Origin: Amoebophrya sp. A120
Lineage: Eukaryota > Protista > Dinoflagellata
Length of the DNA stretch: 64,000 bases
Direction: 5' to 3'
Assembly (NCBI GenBank): GCA_905178155.1
Contig: CAJINV010000001.1
Coordinates: 7,261,794 to 7,325,793 of the forward strand
Numbering within the stretch: the first letter of the stretch is position 1; every line of letters starts with the position of its first letter. The notes beneath the pieces are model-generated. The model worked only from the letters and a program-made list of their open reading frames with translations, was not told the DNA's origin and searched no databases. Below, piece after piece: positions 1-15,710 of the stretch. The position numbers and the translations under genes were made by a program.

Positions 1-320
1 GCCCTTGTGCATGTTCGGCTCTGCGAGCCTTCGCCACGAATTTTCCCAAAAAGAAGAAATTCCTCGGTCAACGCGGAAACCAATCCACTAGCTCTCACTT
101 CCGCCTGCTGATGCTGTGCACCACGTCACCACGCATCAGCTTCTCTTCCACCTCGCGTGTCGATTTCTCGTTTCGAGTTCTCCTGTTCGCGCTTGCACCA
201 AATTCAAAGGACAAAACCGCCTGTAATGTCGACCTTCACGCCAATACGCAGCAGGAGCCGGCGCAAGCAGGTGCACTTGTAGCAGGATTACTGTCGGGCT
301 GCTCGTAGCGCGCAAGATTG

Positions 321-1240
321 CTACTTCATCCACTTGAAGTAAATGTAGAGTGTTACAAACAGCACCATGGAAATGGTGATGCCCGCATAGACGAGAATCT
401 TGTCCTCCAGATGCCGCCTATCGATGCGGTTGACCAGACCGGTTCCGCGGCCGACAGATTCTATCACAGAAACCATGCGAGTTGCAGCGCCGGCGAGTAT
501 CGCGTTTTGGTTCTGCAATCGGGATCGAGATTCATGGCCCTGTAGATTTGGAGCGGGAAAGGTTTTAAAACAAGGATCATCAAGAAAGCGAACATAACGC
601 CAGATGATCCCGGAACAAGTGCTTGCTTCGAGTTAGCATCTCATACGTACTAGACGTAAAGAACTTCATCAAGAATAAATCAGTACCATTTCCAGCAGAT
701 CATCCAGCTGCCTGTCGACGTCGCGTATTCGATTTCTTTCCGTCAGCAATTTGCTTCTGTCGTCGTTCACGCGGGCGTCGCGGCTCCCGACCAGGTTGTC
801 CTGGTCCATTTGCTGTTGCCGAATGTCCTCAATTTTGTGCGGCTCAAGCGACGCTCGTATTGTCGACTTGTCATCGGTCAACTGGTTTAGATACCTGTCC
901 CACTTGCCTCGCCCGCCCGGTAGGTTTTTGCCGCCCCGTTTCACTTCGGTCTCGAATACCGCATACGCATCGCCTGATTGGACATGAGAAGAAAAAAAGA
1001 TTTTCATGGTTTTTCTATACGCAACATCAACACTAAAACCTGTGTGGAGGAAATACTAGAGGCCGTGTTGATCTACAACTCAGAACAAACAAGTATACCG
1101 AATTCTTTTTCCAGTCCTTGTAGCCGCTGTCGTTTTGCAACCGGAAGTCGCTGCCCGACCTCGATACTGTCCAGCTCGGTATCGATCTCGTTCTTGCGCG
1201 TGATGCATTTTTGATACAAACTGGTCACGTCGACGGCCAT
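321..1240 (-). CDS. Qb-SNARE, membrin/Bos1/GOSR2-like (3 exons)
   Basis: ORF pieces 1073-1261, 669-1007 and 321-518 join through GT-AG introns. The product has a helical N-terminus, a SNARE coiled coil (LQNQNAILAGA...LVNRIDRRHLEDK) and a C-terminal TM anchor (ILVYAGITISMVLFVTLYIYF). Confidence 0.75.
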
Positions 1241-1681
1241 GGTTGCAGGTTCAGTAATCAATCCTCCCTAAGAATTAAAATTTTCTATCCAAATCTACTT
1301 ATATTTCCGCGCAGGTGAAAAAGCATGCGAGAGACATGATCTAGAACTAGAAATCAAACATCGTACGAGGAAATAGGTCACGAACCGCGGATAGTTGTAG
1401 CTGGGCAAGAGGCGTACTACTGTGTGACAAATAGTTTAACAAAAATGAGTCTTATTCGTTGTTGAAAAATCTCTCTGAATGCAGTTGAGACCGGGCGCAG
1501 CAGCGGCTTTCTTTTGTCTGCGTTTCTTTGAGATCCATTTCTTTTTGCGTTTTCTATATTGGAGGCGGGACCGTTCGCATACACATACACTCGAAAACAT
1601 CACGGTAAACTCAAGCCGCAGCACCTCTACCAGTCCCCAGCGCAATACGTTTTGGCTATGCAGGCTGCGCAAGCAAAAAGA

Positions 1682-3682
1682 TTATCGAGCACTGCGGTTC
1701 ATCAGAAACAGGCGTAACGGTTCGAGTAAATCGCGCAGTAGGGCATCTCTTGTAGGAGAGAGCGGAATTCTCTGGATCCATTCCTTGCACCCAGCCTCAT
1801 GCTCGTCGTCCATCAGGAGCAGCAACTCTTCCGCGATTTGCAAAAGGCTCCCGTCGCGAGAGTCCGACTGCCTTGCAATCTCACTTTGCACGGCCGAGTA
1901 GGTGGCACTCAAGGCATCGACGAGCGACGCCGGCGGTAGCTGCGACAGGTTTTTCGCGGTGAGAGGATATGCTGCGACTGCAGCGATTTCCTCAACGGCT
2001 GCAGGTGGGCCCGGTGGCTCTTCGTTGGTAGCTTGTATCAGTTGCGATCGCGACAGGACACTGTCACCCACGTTTTCTCGACCAGCCTGTGCACTCGCAA
2101 AAGAAGCAACGAGTACCCCGTCTAGATAGATGCGTGCTTCAACATCAACATCCACGTCTGCATCCATAACATCACTCGATGTCGCGGTCACGCTCACGAC
2201 AGCCTTTTTTACACCATGCAGCATCGCTCTAAGTTGGCGAATTGTTTTCGTTATTCCAGCTAACTCCAAATGTGCGGCGCTTCCTTCCGCCGGTTCCAGA
2301 GCAGACGACTGCAACCGCAGATCCCGCAATCTATCGCAAAGCTTTCGACGCTGGGCCTCCGCCCGTGCAATCAGGAAATCTTCCTTCAGTGCGGGAATGC
2401 AAGTGAACAACGAAACCAATTCCCTAAACTGCCGGAGAACAAAGCGGGCGTGCCAGGCGATTAGGGCGAAGCCTACACTCCCTGCTGGAGCGGAAAACGT
2501 TCCGTCCTCGTCCTTCGCTCTCTTTTCGGTCGAGAGCATTCCAAGGACCTCTTTCCTCGCTCCGTCCCGCAACTCGTTGGAATCGAGCTGCCCTAGAAGG
2601 GGTGCCACCACTGCCCACGATTCGTCAAAATCCGCCTCCCATGTCTCTTTCCGCTTTAACCGCTGCCGCAGGTCTTCCCGGCCGCTGGCTGAGAGGCTTA
2701 GTTCGAACAGCTTACCTTCCTTGTTGTCAGCAAGATCGTCAAACGCTCCTGAGGCTTGTTCCTCGTCATTGCCGGTCGGAAAATTATTCCCAGAAACTTC
2801 TGTAACCGCAAACCCGTCGTTCTCAGCCCTAGCGTTCCACTTCTTTGTGACGCTTTTCGAGCGTTCTGTGTAAGCGAGAAAAACCTTCGCGGTAGTTCCT
2901 TGCCAATAGGCGAGCAAGGTCACAATCGTGTCGAACAAATGCTCCACCAACTCGTCTTGCTGTTCGCGCGGGTAAAGAACTTCAGCGGCAAGAATCCACA
3001 AGGCGCCTCCATTCGGAATGCTCGTGGCCAAAGCCCGAGACGATGCAGTGTCTCGCCAGTCCAGCGTCTGCACACGAAGGTCGCAATCTCCGGCTGCTCC
3101 TGCCGCCCTATTTCCTCTTTCCCGCTGCGGCAACGCAGTTCCTCGGCAATTGGCTCTCGCATTTGCTTCCAGCAAGCTCAACTAGAGATTTCCAATTTAA
3201 ACAGAGCGTTGCACGAGATATATTGAACTGCGTTCGCTGTTGAATTTACTCCTAGCGACCGAAATCAAAAGCATTGGGAAGTACTATTCGCCTTGATTCT
3301 TTCGGGGGCATCATCATAGCTATACTACTACACACGCACCACTTACATGCAGGTCTGTGAGCACGACCGTTCCAGCTCCCAGGGCGTGGCAAACGAGACC
3401 GGCAATCCCTGTGCCCGCTCCAAGGTCGACTACAACGCAATCCGCTACAACCGGCGTAAGACACGCAAGGTGCTGCACAAGTTTCACTGTCGCTTCCCAG
3501 ACCCGGTTGCCCGTCTGCTTCAGTGGTAGTTCTCCAGAAACCAAAGGGATATCCATGCCTGCTCCGCCCGTGATGACCTCTCGCTCGGAGATATCCAGCG
3601 GGCCAGCAAACGGTCCAGTAATGATGACTTTGCCAGGTGCCCGGCGGATGCTCAATGGATTTCTCTGCGATGTCGACGCCAT
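1682..3682 (-). CDS. METTL21/Methyltransf_16-like SAM-dependent lysine methyltransferase with C-terminal extension
   Basis: Motifs TGNRVWEAT, VVDLGAGTGIAGL, VVLTD, LEANARAN, LDW and ILAAEVLY. One GT-AG intron at about 3182-3346. Confidence 0.8.
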
Positions 3683-4401
3683 GGTGGCAGATAACTTTTT
3701 CCGGTGCGAGGCTCGTAGTACACGATCCGTGTTCTAGTTTTAATATCGATCATCTGATGTTCTATAAAATTCGACTCTTGTCGTCGATCTCCTTAATTTT
3801 GTGTGCAGAACAGTGCGTCTTGGGACTTCTCCATACTTATTGTCAAACAGCCCAAGTCCCATGATTTTCTCCATTTTGTACTTGTACTTTTCGTCCACTA
3901 TGATATCTCACTTTGTGCGCGTGCATGTGCGTGTCTACTGCGAATCGGTATTTTTACGTCGTGCAAAAGCTGCAACCACGGGCTCCGCAGTACACTACAC
4001 GGTATTCTTGTCGTGTAAGTGCCCGCAGCACAACGCGTGGCAGTCATTTCTTGTTCGACAATTCAGGTTTGACTTTTCAGGAAATATGCGTTTCCGGTCC
4101 TGTCCTCAGTCGACATGGACAGCGAAAAATGAAGCGCCTTGTTCTAGTAGTGAAAAGTTGTATTAGATGAAGAAGGTTGTGCCTCCAGATGGCTTTAGCT
4201 TATAGCTTGTTCTACAAAAACCGTAAAACGACAAGGGCGGTGCAGCGCAAGCACAAGCCATTGAAAAAAACCTATGCAGCCCCCGTCTCCGGTGCAAGAA
4301 CTCGACGTCCCTTTCCTCCTTGGCTCTCTTCACAACCACCGAGAACATCGAGAACAGCACCGCAGCGCCAAATTTGCTTCTCCCGCTCCTCCTCGCTGCC
4401 C

Positions 4402-7110
<2,709 letters not shown>

Positions 7111-7957
7111 CTTGCCGACTGCTCGTGCGAGTTCGCCTGAACTGTACCGATTATAAAGCAGTTGCTGTTGGCTCTTGATCCGCTAGCCGTTCGGTGAAAA
7201 TCTCCAGGGCAACGCGTCACCTCGATAAATCGGAACGTACGACACACAAGCGCAAGCCGATGTCACTCCGCGAGCGCAGTAAACCACCTAATCATAGGCC
7301 TTTTCTTTGTTTTGATCAATCCAGGCCTCATCATGTTTTCCCTTTTTCTGGGAAGGACTCCATGAGTCCAACCACGCCTGCTGCAGAATGAGTCTTTCTT
7401 CGAATAAGCATATGAATTACTGCAAGTGCAATATGATCACGCACAAGAATGATTGATGTTACACGACCTCCTTCAAGTTTTCCTTTTCCTCCTTCTTCGT
7501 AAATGATGTCTGTGTTACTCAACACGACTGGCTCTACTCTGCACTTAGCGAAAATCAGCATGAGCTCACATGAAATTGGAAAAAAAATCGCTCCACATTT
7601 TCGTTTCATGAATGTCGTTGGACATCCACATCTGGCCGCACAATAGGTGCGTCTCCCCTCTTCTCACTGCCTCAAACCACCGTATCCTCTCAACCAGCTG
7701 CTATCTTTACTTCTCTTCTTCTACGCCCTTAATCTTCACATAGCCACGCATCGATTGCCTGAATTAAGAGAAACACAAACATCTCGCTTCGCTCAATGAA
7801 CATGAAAGAAGCGCACCACACTGTCGGCTAAGTCAAAAACGGCGGCCGCTTACCGTGGCCGTGCGCGTGACGCTTTTCCGTTATATGAGTCTGTGCCTTG
7901 GTGCAGAAATTCAGGCAATCCTACGCTGCTTTTTCACGCCTGTAAATCAGTTGTGTG

Positions 7958-9879
7958 CTACAACCACAACCACGTGGACAACAAAATAGGTCCTGCGATG
8001 AGAACGCTGACACTATTGCATGATCTTCCCATTGCATGTGATTCTTCCGTTGCCGCAGGGGTAGACTTTTTCGCGCTGGCCTCCCACCAGGCGTCGGCGC
8101 TGTAGAAGTGCGCACCACAAATGGTCAAGGTTGTCTGATCCTCCGGACCAATCACGTACAAATACTGGAACGGCTCTTTCGACGAAAGGTCCACGACTGC
8201 GCCGTCTATTGTATCGTTTCCATTGTCCGCGGTAGTGACGAAAGGCACCTCCGCCGGAAGCTGGATTTTCCCGGCGGCAGCGAGCAAATCAATTCTGGCG
8301 TGACAATGAAAAACGCCCCCACCCCAGAACTTGGCAGCATTTGTATTGCAAACCTTTCCAATGGAAACACTCCACGTCTTGCATATATCAGCATACACAA
8401 ATTTGCCATGCTGAATAACAAAAATTTGTACTTATTGCAAAGGAGCCCAACAGCACCCGGATCTGTTATGCAGAAGATGCCTTGCGTGCCTAAATTCTGC
8501 ATGAGAAAGGCTCGTACTCGTAGTCCTTTCATGCAAGACAGAATGAAAGATAAGGTTTTCATTTGGAAACTTTGCTGCATGAGAAACTTTTGCAAATTGA
8601 TTCCAGGGCGGGGGCATTTTTCACTGTAATACTTATTTGGTGACTGGATCATCTACGTCGGGATCCAGAAGCACAAAGCCGTTGTTCAAGCGCGCCTGGC
8701 AGCAATCGTATCTGTTCCAAATTTCCATTTTGGAAAGGCAGTGCTTCTTTCCGTCCTTGAACTCCAGTCGCCACCAGCCGCCGTTGTCGACGGTGTTGTT
8801 ATTGTGGCTGCAGACATGTTGACCGTGTGGATTCTCACTCCAGCGTGTCGACATGCCCCTTTCGTAGAGGAGAGGGGAAGCACTGTAATCGTTCCCACCG
8901 AAATCGCTCGACTGCGTGGCAACGAGTTGCTCTATCGGAACAAGGGTTTCTCCTCCTTTCGCTGTCGCGGAGTACAACACTTGTTCGCTGTCAACAACTT
9001 CGCTCCTTGCCGCCAAGGATGCGTGGGTGGCGCCGCGGTGAGACAGTGAGGACGAGAAGTGTGTTGCGTCCGACGTCTTCTCTCGACGCAGGACTTGTGC
9101 GGAGGGTTGGCCTGGCTGCGTCTTGTTGGTGATGCCCACTGAGCCACTGGCAACGTTTGGACCCGCATTTCTACTCGCGGTGCCGGTTCTCGTTTTGGTT
9201 TTCCTGATTTTTCGCCCGCCCGTGCTACTTGTTCGCGGGCTATCGCTATCAGACGCGATGGAGTCGGTGGATTGGCGCAATTTGGGAGCGCCGCTCGCTT
9301 CTCCAGTAGGCGTCAGCGTGATTTGCTTCCTGTTTTCTGTCCTCTGCGGCTCCACGTCCACAGCTCTTGCATTGGACGTCGTGGAGATAGTGTGAAAGTA
9401 CAGACGCATCAAAACATAAATGGACCTGCGCCACCAACCACAAGGAGGCGGCGCGGTCGCCGTTTTTGGAAGGGGAGTCGAATTGCCGGCATGCTTCCGA
9501 ACTGAAAGAGATAATCTTTCAACACCAAGTACGTGTTTGAATGAAGAAAATCGTCCATACGAACGTGTGCATGTACGAACGTGCGCATCTAAGCGCCGGC
9601 ATGTACTACTGAATCTGATAATAAACAAACTACTACCGTCTAGAAATAGGAATAGGATATTACACGACAGAAATTCATATTCCCTTTCCCCCATCGAGAC
9701 GAAGCTAAACCAAAACAAGTACACGCTTTGGCTTCACTAGCAGCTGGTTGTGGCTCAGGCTCTCTCTCGTTCTCCAGTGAATTATTTTCGCTCGTCCTCA
9801 CAAGCAGCAGGTTGCTGCTCTCGCCACTGTTTCTGATCCCTGTCGATCTCGCTGTGTCTATTTGAAGACTCCCGTTCAT
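7958..9879 (-). CDS. Fucolectin/F5-8C (FTP)-like domain protein, possibly surface-anchored; ends and exons uncertain
   Basis: The segment CSH...GGWWRLEF...MEIWNRYDCCQARLNNGFVLL matches the F-type lectin pattern, continues as LTICGAHFY, and ends in a hydrophobic tail (VLIAGPILLSTWLWL). Confidence 0.55.
8299..8631. mobile_element. Decayed TIR element within an intron of the FTP-domain gene
   Basis: Imperfect inverted ends: cgtgacaatgaaaaacgcccccaccc versus the reverse complement tattacagtgaaaaatgcccccgccc (20/26). The interior is GCAT/ATGC-rich like the intact introners. No TSD remains. Confidence 0.5.
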
Positions 9880-10313
9880 CTCGGCATCTACTTATAGCGA
9901 ACGATCAACAAGCTGCTGGAACAAACCTTCTGCATCACAGTTTAGCAAAAGCACTTGTGCACTATGTCGAAACGATCCCGTTCAGGTCGAACATGAGTTC
10001 TAGTTTCCTTCACAAAAACGTCGCGTAGAATCCATCGGCTGTAAGTGGTTGGGAGAAAAACATCCACATTTACATAGATGCATTGAATACATCAAGCTTC
10101 ACATCTCTGGCATGATGATTGATGATCATGACAATCAACATCTTTATTTCAACTTCGTTGTTTCGGTAGTGGTACTGCTACACACACGTCCTATCTCTTT
10201 GCGAAGTTCGATTCCCAATGCCACCAACCTTTTCGTACAAATTTCAAAATAACTTTTTTGCGCATCCATTTGTGTGTCAGCGATCGTTGTCGCCGTGCAT
10301 TTGAAAAGAAGGA

Positions 10314-12329
10314 TCAAAGCTTCGCCCCTTCCTCCGCCACGCTATCTCCCTCCATGCCACTGGCTTGCTCATCCAGGTACTGCAAAATTTCTGCAGCCAA
10401 GACCCTGGCGGAGTGCGCGGCGGCGAGTAACCGACCCGGCCGATGCGTAAAATAGTCCCCGCACATGCCGAGGTGACTTTGCGCCGCAAAAAACGCCTCT
10501 TCCTCGCCGACGATCTTGCCGTGGTCCGCGAGCAAGTGCAAAAACTGCGCACTTCGGTCTGGGTAGGCGGCTCCCCAACGGTGACGATATCACATGCAAA
10601 AATGTCAACGTCTTTGGTCTTCGGTGGAGACAACTGCACCATCATTCGCGGCACGACAGCATGGCTTGTTCTCTTGATTGAATTTCAGTTTCTGCATCGT
10701 TCAAATCTCACTTGCAACGGACGGACGAGCTTGCTCCAGATGATGAAGATTACTATACTAACCGCTACAAGCAAAGGTTTTCGTTTGTACTCTCGCCATG
10801 CATCGATAACAAAGAGCAGTTTGTCAACATACCCGTGAAGTCGGTGACTTTGACATTATTATAGTTGCCATTCATACACCAACCTGGTAGATAATTTCGT
10901 TCTTGGCTTCCCAATCCGGATACAACAGCTTCAGGGACTGGATGAATGCGGGCAGAACTTCTGCTTCCGCAAGCGCGTTGCACCGCTCGCGTAATTTTTC
11001 GAAGAACGTGCTGCTGTCCAGCTGCCCAGCTTCATCCTCCGCGTGTGGCATATCTTCCTCAAACTCCAGCTGGCGGCGCAACTCGTCTATTCTGCCCTTC
11101 GTCCAGATGGGGTTGCTCATTGCCACCCAGCAATCGACCGGCTCTGGGTCTCCAGCTTTGTCAGGTTTATAGGAAAACGCACCGCGGCCCGGCTTGGCGT
11201 TCTCGCGGCTGGCCCATTTCAGAATCGGGTGCTTCAGATAGTGAATACCGTTCAGCAGATTGTCCTTCAAGGAGGCCGCGGGACCACTCGCATCGTCTCC
11301 TGTTATAACTCTTTCCCCCTTCGGACGCGAGGCCAGCATGCAGGTGATGACCGGTAAGCTCTCGATTTCTCGGTACAACAGCTGCTGAATGGGCTCGAGC
11401 AGTTCCGCCGTTTCTTGTCGCGAGAAGAAAGGCTCCTCACCCTTGATGCTCAGGAAAAGCCGGTCCGCGGACACGAAGAAATCGAAACTATCCTCCGTGA
11501 AGCTGTCATCGACTGCACCATCCGCAGCTCCGTCCCGCTTGCGCATCGCGTCCTCCGCATTCACCCACTTGCGCACGCGCCACGCCCGCTCCGGCTTGCT
11601 GCCTTTCGCACCGCCCGGCGAGGGCATCGTCGGAGAGGAACCGCCGGTGACCCCTCGGAAGGACGGCACCACGCGTGTGCCGCAGTGCACCTTAATTTTC
11701 GGGTTGTCCGCCACCAGCTTCTCGACGATGTTGCTGCTACTTGTGTACCCCACGTACGGAAGTTCGCTGAGGTACTCTTCCGGCTTCCGCTGCGCCTGTA
11801 GTTCACCTGCTTGTTCATCATATAAGCTGTTTCCGCTCGCGCCGGAGTGGTGCATTGGAGACGCCGAGGCGTCGTTGCTGCGGTTCGCGAACGTGCCGGG
11901 GTGCATACCCAAATCCATGAACACGCCCCGCAACTCGGGAGAGAGGCTGGAGGTGGCGCCACAGCTGAAATTCGGGTTGTTCGTCGACACCTTAATTTCG
12001 CCCGTGCTGAGGTACTGCATTTGCGCGAAGGTGCCCTCGAGACCCCAGGGGTGCAGCAGACCTTTCTCCTCCCACTCATTGATCAGGCTTACGTCTAACC
12101 CGCACGCGGCGGTGACGTACTGAAAGCCGTGGTCGAAACTCATGCCCGGCTGCGCCCGTGGTTTGCGCGTGGCCGCGCGGCCGCCGAGCCCGCGCCCCAT
12201 CTCGAACAGGTGCACCTCCGACACGCGGCTGCTCCGGCTCAGCATCTCCGCCAAAGTGCCTCCCGCGACCCCGGCGCCGCAGATGGCGACTTTCACGTCG
12301 CTGGTGCGCGTTCGGGGGAGTTTGAGCAT
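10314..12329 (-). CDS. Renalase-like FAD/NAD(P)-dependent oxidoreductase (2 exons)
   Basis: Exon 1 has VAICGAGVAG, FEMGRGLGGRAATR and FDHGFQY. The last exon has HRWGAAYP and LGMCGDYF...AAAHSA. Confidence 0.85.
10588..10870. mobile_element. Decayed introner-like TIR element forming the renalase-like gene intron
   Basis: Left end tatcacatgcaaaaatgtc matches the family A TIR at 17/19. A degenerate inverse (gactttgacattattatagttgcca) ends at 10870. The TSD is lost. Confidence 0.55.
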
Positions 12330-13158
12330 TCTCAATCGATAGCTTTCTTACGAAAAACGAGCGAAACAGGAAAGGAGGCGCAGAACTTACTGTGATATTG
12401 TGAAACGTAGATACAAGTGCATTTGCGTCAACATGTTGGGTAATTTGAGACAATCAAAGTGCAGCTTCATAGGCTATAAATGTTCCCTCGCAAGAACTGC
12501 CGGAGCGATGGATTCTACCGCCTCGCAAATTGTGATAGATTTTGCGTCGCGACTGCGCGACGTACTAAGGTACCATTCTGGAGAGAGTATCTACAGCTAC
12601 TTGCACTAAGAAAAACGAAGCGGGAAACTGGCAAACAAGCTTACTGTGCTGGATGTGCGCGCTTCATGAGAGCCATAGAAAATTCAGGTGTTTTACAAAT
12701 CGTTGCTACCCGATTTTTTTCCAAAAAAATGGAAATTGACTTTCTTGATCAGTGAGTTGATTCTGTGTGAAAAAAACACACAACCGAACACATTTTATTT
12801 AGGCTCTCACAAAATTTCTCGGTTGCATGTTCAGTTGCAGTTGGCGTCGTATATCTTTGTCAGAAAAAAACTTCGTCGTTTGGTTACTCTTACTGATCAT
12901 CGAAGATCATTTACTCATTTGAAAAATAAAAAGCGACTGAGTACTACAATTTGCTACATCTACCGTGCTGTCAAAGCCGGAACTGCGAAAAAAAATCCTA
13001 CAGAAAAACAACCGAGTGCAAGAAAAAAAGCTCGTCAATGAGAATGCGACAGAAATTGTGCTTGAAGAATCAATGTGGACGAAAGGAGCAGATGAATGAT
13101 TGGAAGTAATACAGGATCCGGATCAAAAAAAAAAGTAAAACTGCGCTTGGCTTCCTTA

Positions 13159-14390
13159 TCACCGCTCCGACATGACATTGGCCCTTCCGGTGGCCATGCG
13201 GCTGATTTGGTCCGACAAGAAGCCCTCGATCTTTCGCAGCCTCTGCTCATGGTCCACTACGACAGCGGAAGTTTCCTGCGCCAAGGCGTCCACTACGTCC
13301 TCGATGCGATTCAGTCGGCGGTGGTGGATCTATCAAATGTAAAAATGTCTGGGTCTGGAAGAGTCATGCTGTTTTTGCATGACACAGAAGGTCTGGCATG
13401 GAAGCTCTAGCATCACAGGTTTCGAGAACCTTCCGCAATGCCGAATCCGCATGACAAGTCCCCTATTTTGCTGACAAAAAGTGGGAGCTCTTGCTACGTA
13501 TGCATCAGAGACTTTTCTGTGTTCTGAAATACGCATTACAAGTTGCATTCTTCCAGACCCAGACATTTTTACATTTGATAGGATCTCCAGTGCGACCATT
13601 TCGCGGTTGTCCAGATCGTTCTTTGTCATGGCTGCGCTGTTCAGAGCCTGCGCGAACCCGCTGTGGTGGCCGAACACCTGAGCCACACTCCAGTTCGTGG
13701 GGTTGATGGGCTGGGCGCTGAACTGCACGCTGTTCCACGTGGGCTGCTGCACGCCAAAGGATCCCACAGCCATGGCAGTGGGTGACGCGCCGAAAGGGTT
13801 AGTGGTCATGGGTCCCAGCGAGGACCCAAAAATGGAAGCTCCCGCAGCGGGCGAGCCAAACGGGTGGGCGGGAGGACCTCCTGCTGCTCCTATCATAGTA
13901 CCAGGCGGGAAGTAGCTAGGTGCGCCAAACGGCGAAAGATTCGCGTTACTGTAGTCCGATAGCCCCGCCGCGCCTCCGTGTGTAGCGTAGTAGTTGCCCC
14001 TATTCAGCTGAAACTCGGTCGACGCATCTGGAATCCCATACCGCTCATTTGAAAACAAGTTCTGCTGCGGCGCCGTCGGACGGCGACCTGGAGAAATTTT
14101 TGGAATCTTTAGCTCTTTGCAGAAACTCTAGCATACAACTGACAACTGCATATTGTGCAACGTACGACGAATCAGGCATTGCAGGGTAAATAACTCTGGA
14201 ACAGGGGAAAAAAGGACTTCGATTTGGATTTCTAGCGCAATGTTGATATTTCTCAGTACAGTAAGGCATCATCATCCGTACCAAATTGCGGATCGAATCT
14301 GTTGTTGAACGGTGATGATATGGCGGCGTTTGCGAGTTGCGACACCGGTCCTCCCTTCGGAGATTCGATTGTGAAGCCGGTCGAGGTCAT
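13159..14390 (-). CDS. Hypothetical protein (Gly/Pro/Phe-rich N-terminus, C-terminal coiled coil), interrupted by an introner
   Basis: ATG at 14390 and a GT-AG intron at about 14088-14281. Removing 13331-13580 plus one TSD restores ...VALEIHHRRLNRIEDVVDALAQE...MSER*. Confidence 0.6.
13331..13580. mobile_element. Introner/MITE family A, 250 bp, TSD GGATC
   Basis: Perfect 32-bp TIR tatcaaatgtaaaaatgtctgggtctggaaga. GGATC occurs at 13326-13330 and 13581-13585. Similar along its whole length to 59574-59824. Confidence 0.95.
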
Positions 14391-15710
14391 CCTTGCGTAG
14401 TCTGTTGTGGCCGGTCAAACGAAAAGCGCGTACTACACTACTGTGGAAAAGCGAAAGTTAGTTGAATGTATGGACCAAAAATTAAGTGAGCGTCATGTCG
14501 GCGAACGCGAACTTTTCAATTGCAGATCTTCGTTAAACTTAAAAGGTAGAAGTTGATGGGAATCGTATGGTAGCCTGATCGTATAGTTTGTATTTGCAAT
14601 GAATTTCGAGCTGCTCACTTCATATTCCGCTAACCGAACTCGCCAGCAAAAACTTCATGTTATGTACGACTACGCCATGTTACAAACATTAGCTACACGA
14701 CTTTCACCGACTGGAAATTAGAGAATCAGCTTCCAACCGACACTTAGCGAGCGTATCCGCATGCTAATGTCACGACAGCAACCGATGCATACTCAGGAGC
14801 TGCAGCTACGATCAAACCGACAGGAGACACAGTGCAACCACGAGAAAAATAAAACATTTGACCGAAACGTTTATGGTTGCTAGTATTTTTTGCTCCACCG
14901 ATCTGATTTCATGCCTGAAGTAAGACACGACAAAATTCGTGGGGCACGGAAAAAGAACTCACAGCGCTTTTGCAGTAGTGTGTTTTTCTCTTTGACTCAA
15001 ATCACCATTGCAGAGAATTAGTCGACTTGTCATTTTTTCAAGTAAAATGCTAGAGGAAACATTGGTGCTATCGCTGGACTATGCGTTTTGTTTTACTCAC
15101 TGATCTGAAACTGTATTCTCGGAAAAATGACTAATTAGCGCATCTGTTCTGTATTCTACAAGAAATTTCTTGGAATTGTAACTCACATGACACGAGGAGT
15201 GTATGCGAACGAGGGGGCTTGTCAAAAAAACCGCCGACGGTGAGGGAAGCTACTATCCCCTAGCGTGCGACGTACTTCAAACTTCCGGTGTTGATACCCG
15301 GCAGCACTTTGGGCGGCTTGGCCCCCGGAAGCGCGGTGCAGCCCTGACGGCGTATGGATTTCGAATCAGTCCCCCTGCCCCCTTAGTTGCACTGCATAAG
15401 TATTGCATCTATATTCTCCCTCTACTAAGCATGTGATGAAGATGGGAAAATTATCTATGCAAAGTTGTATCGAGCGTATAGTCTTTTTGGTCGCACGCGC
15501 AGGTAGACAGATTCGGTTGTGCTGAGTAGCATCCAACGTCTTCACGTAACACAGGCCACCCATCGTTCCGTCTGGATTGGTTCGACAGGGCTCCTGTGTA
15601 TATCAGTAGTTTCAACTTTGCCTACAGTAGGTGACAGTCTCTTGAATCCAAAAACTTGCTACTTTGTTTTTCACAAACTTGCTAGCTTCGTGGACGGCAG
15701 TAAACTACTC

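Noticed and set aside
1-310. Possible gene start at the left edge
   Set aside because: Too little sequence and no recognisable motif.
8633-8635. Stop-codon reassignment, as in one Amoebophrya strain
   Set aside because: Conserved exons and ORFs of up to 1800 codons lack internal stops; the apparent in-frame stops fall within introns.
13331-13410. Recurrent peptides SNVKMSGSGR and LPDPDIFTFD as a protein domain
   Set aside because: They are translations of the family A TIR, not a protein motif.
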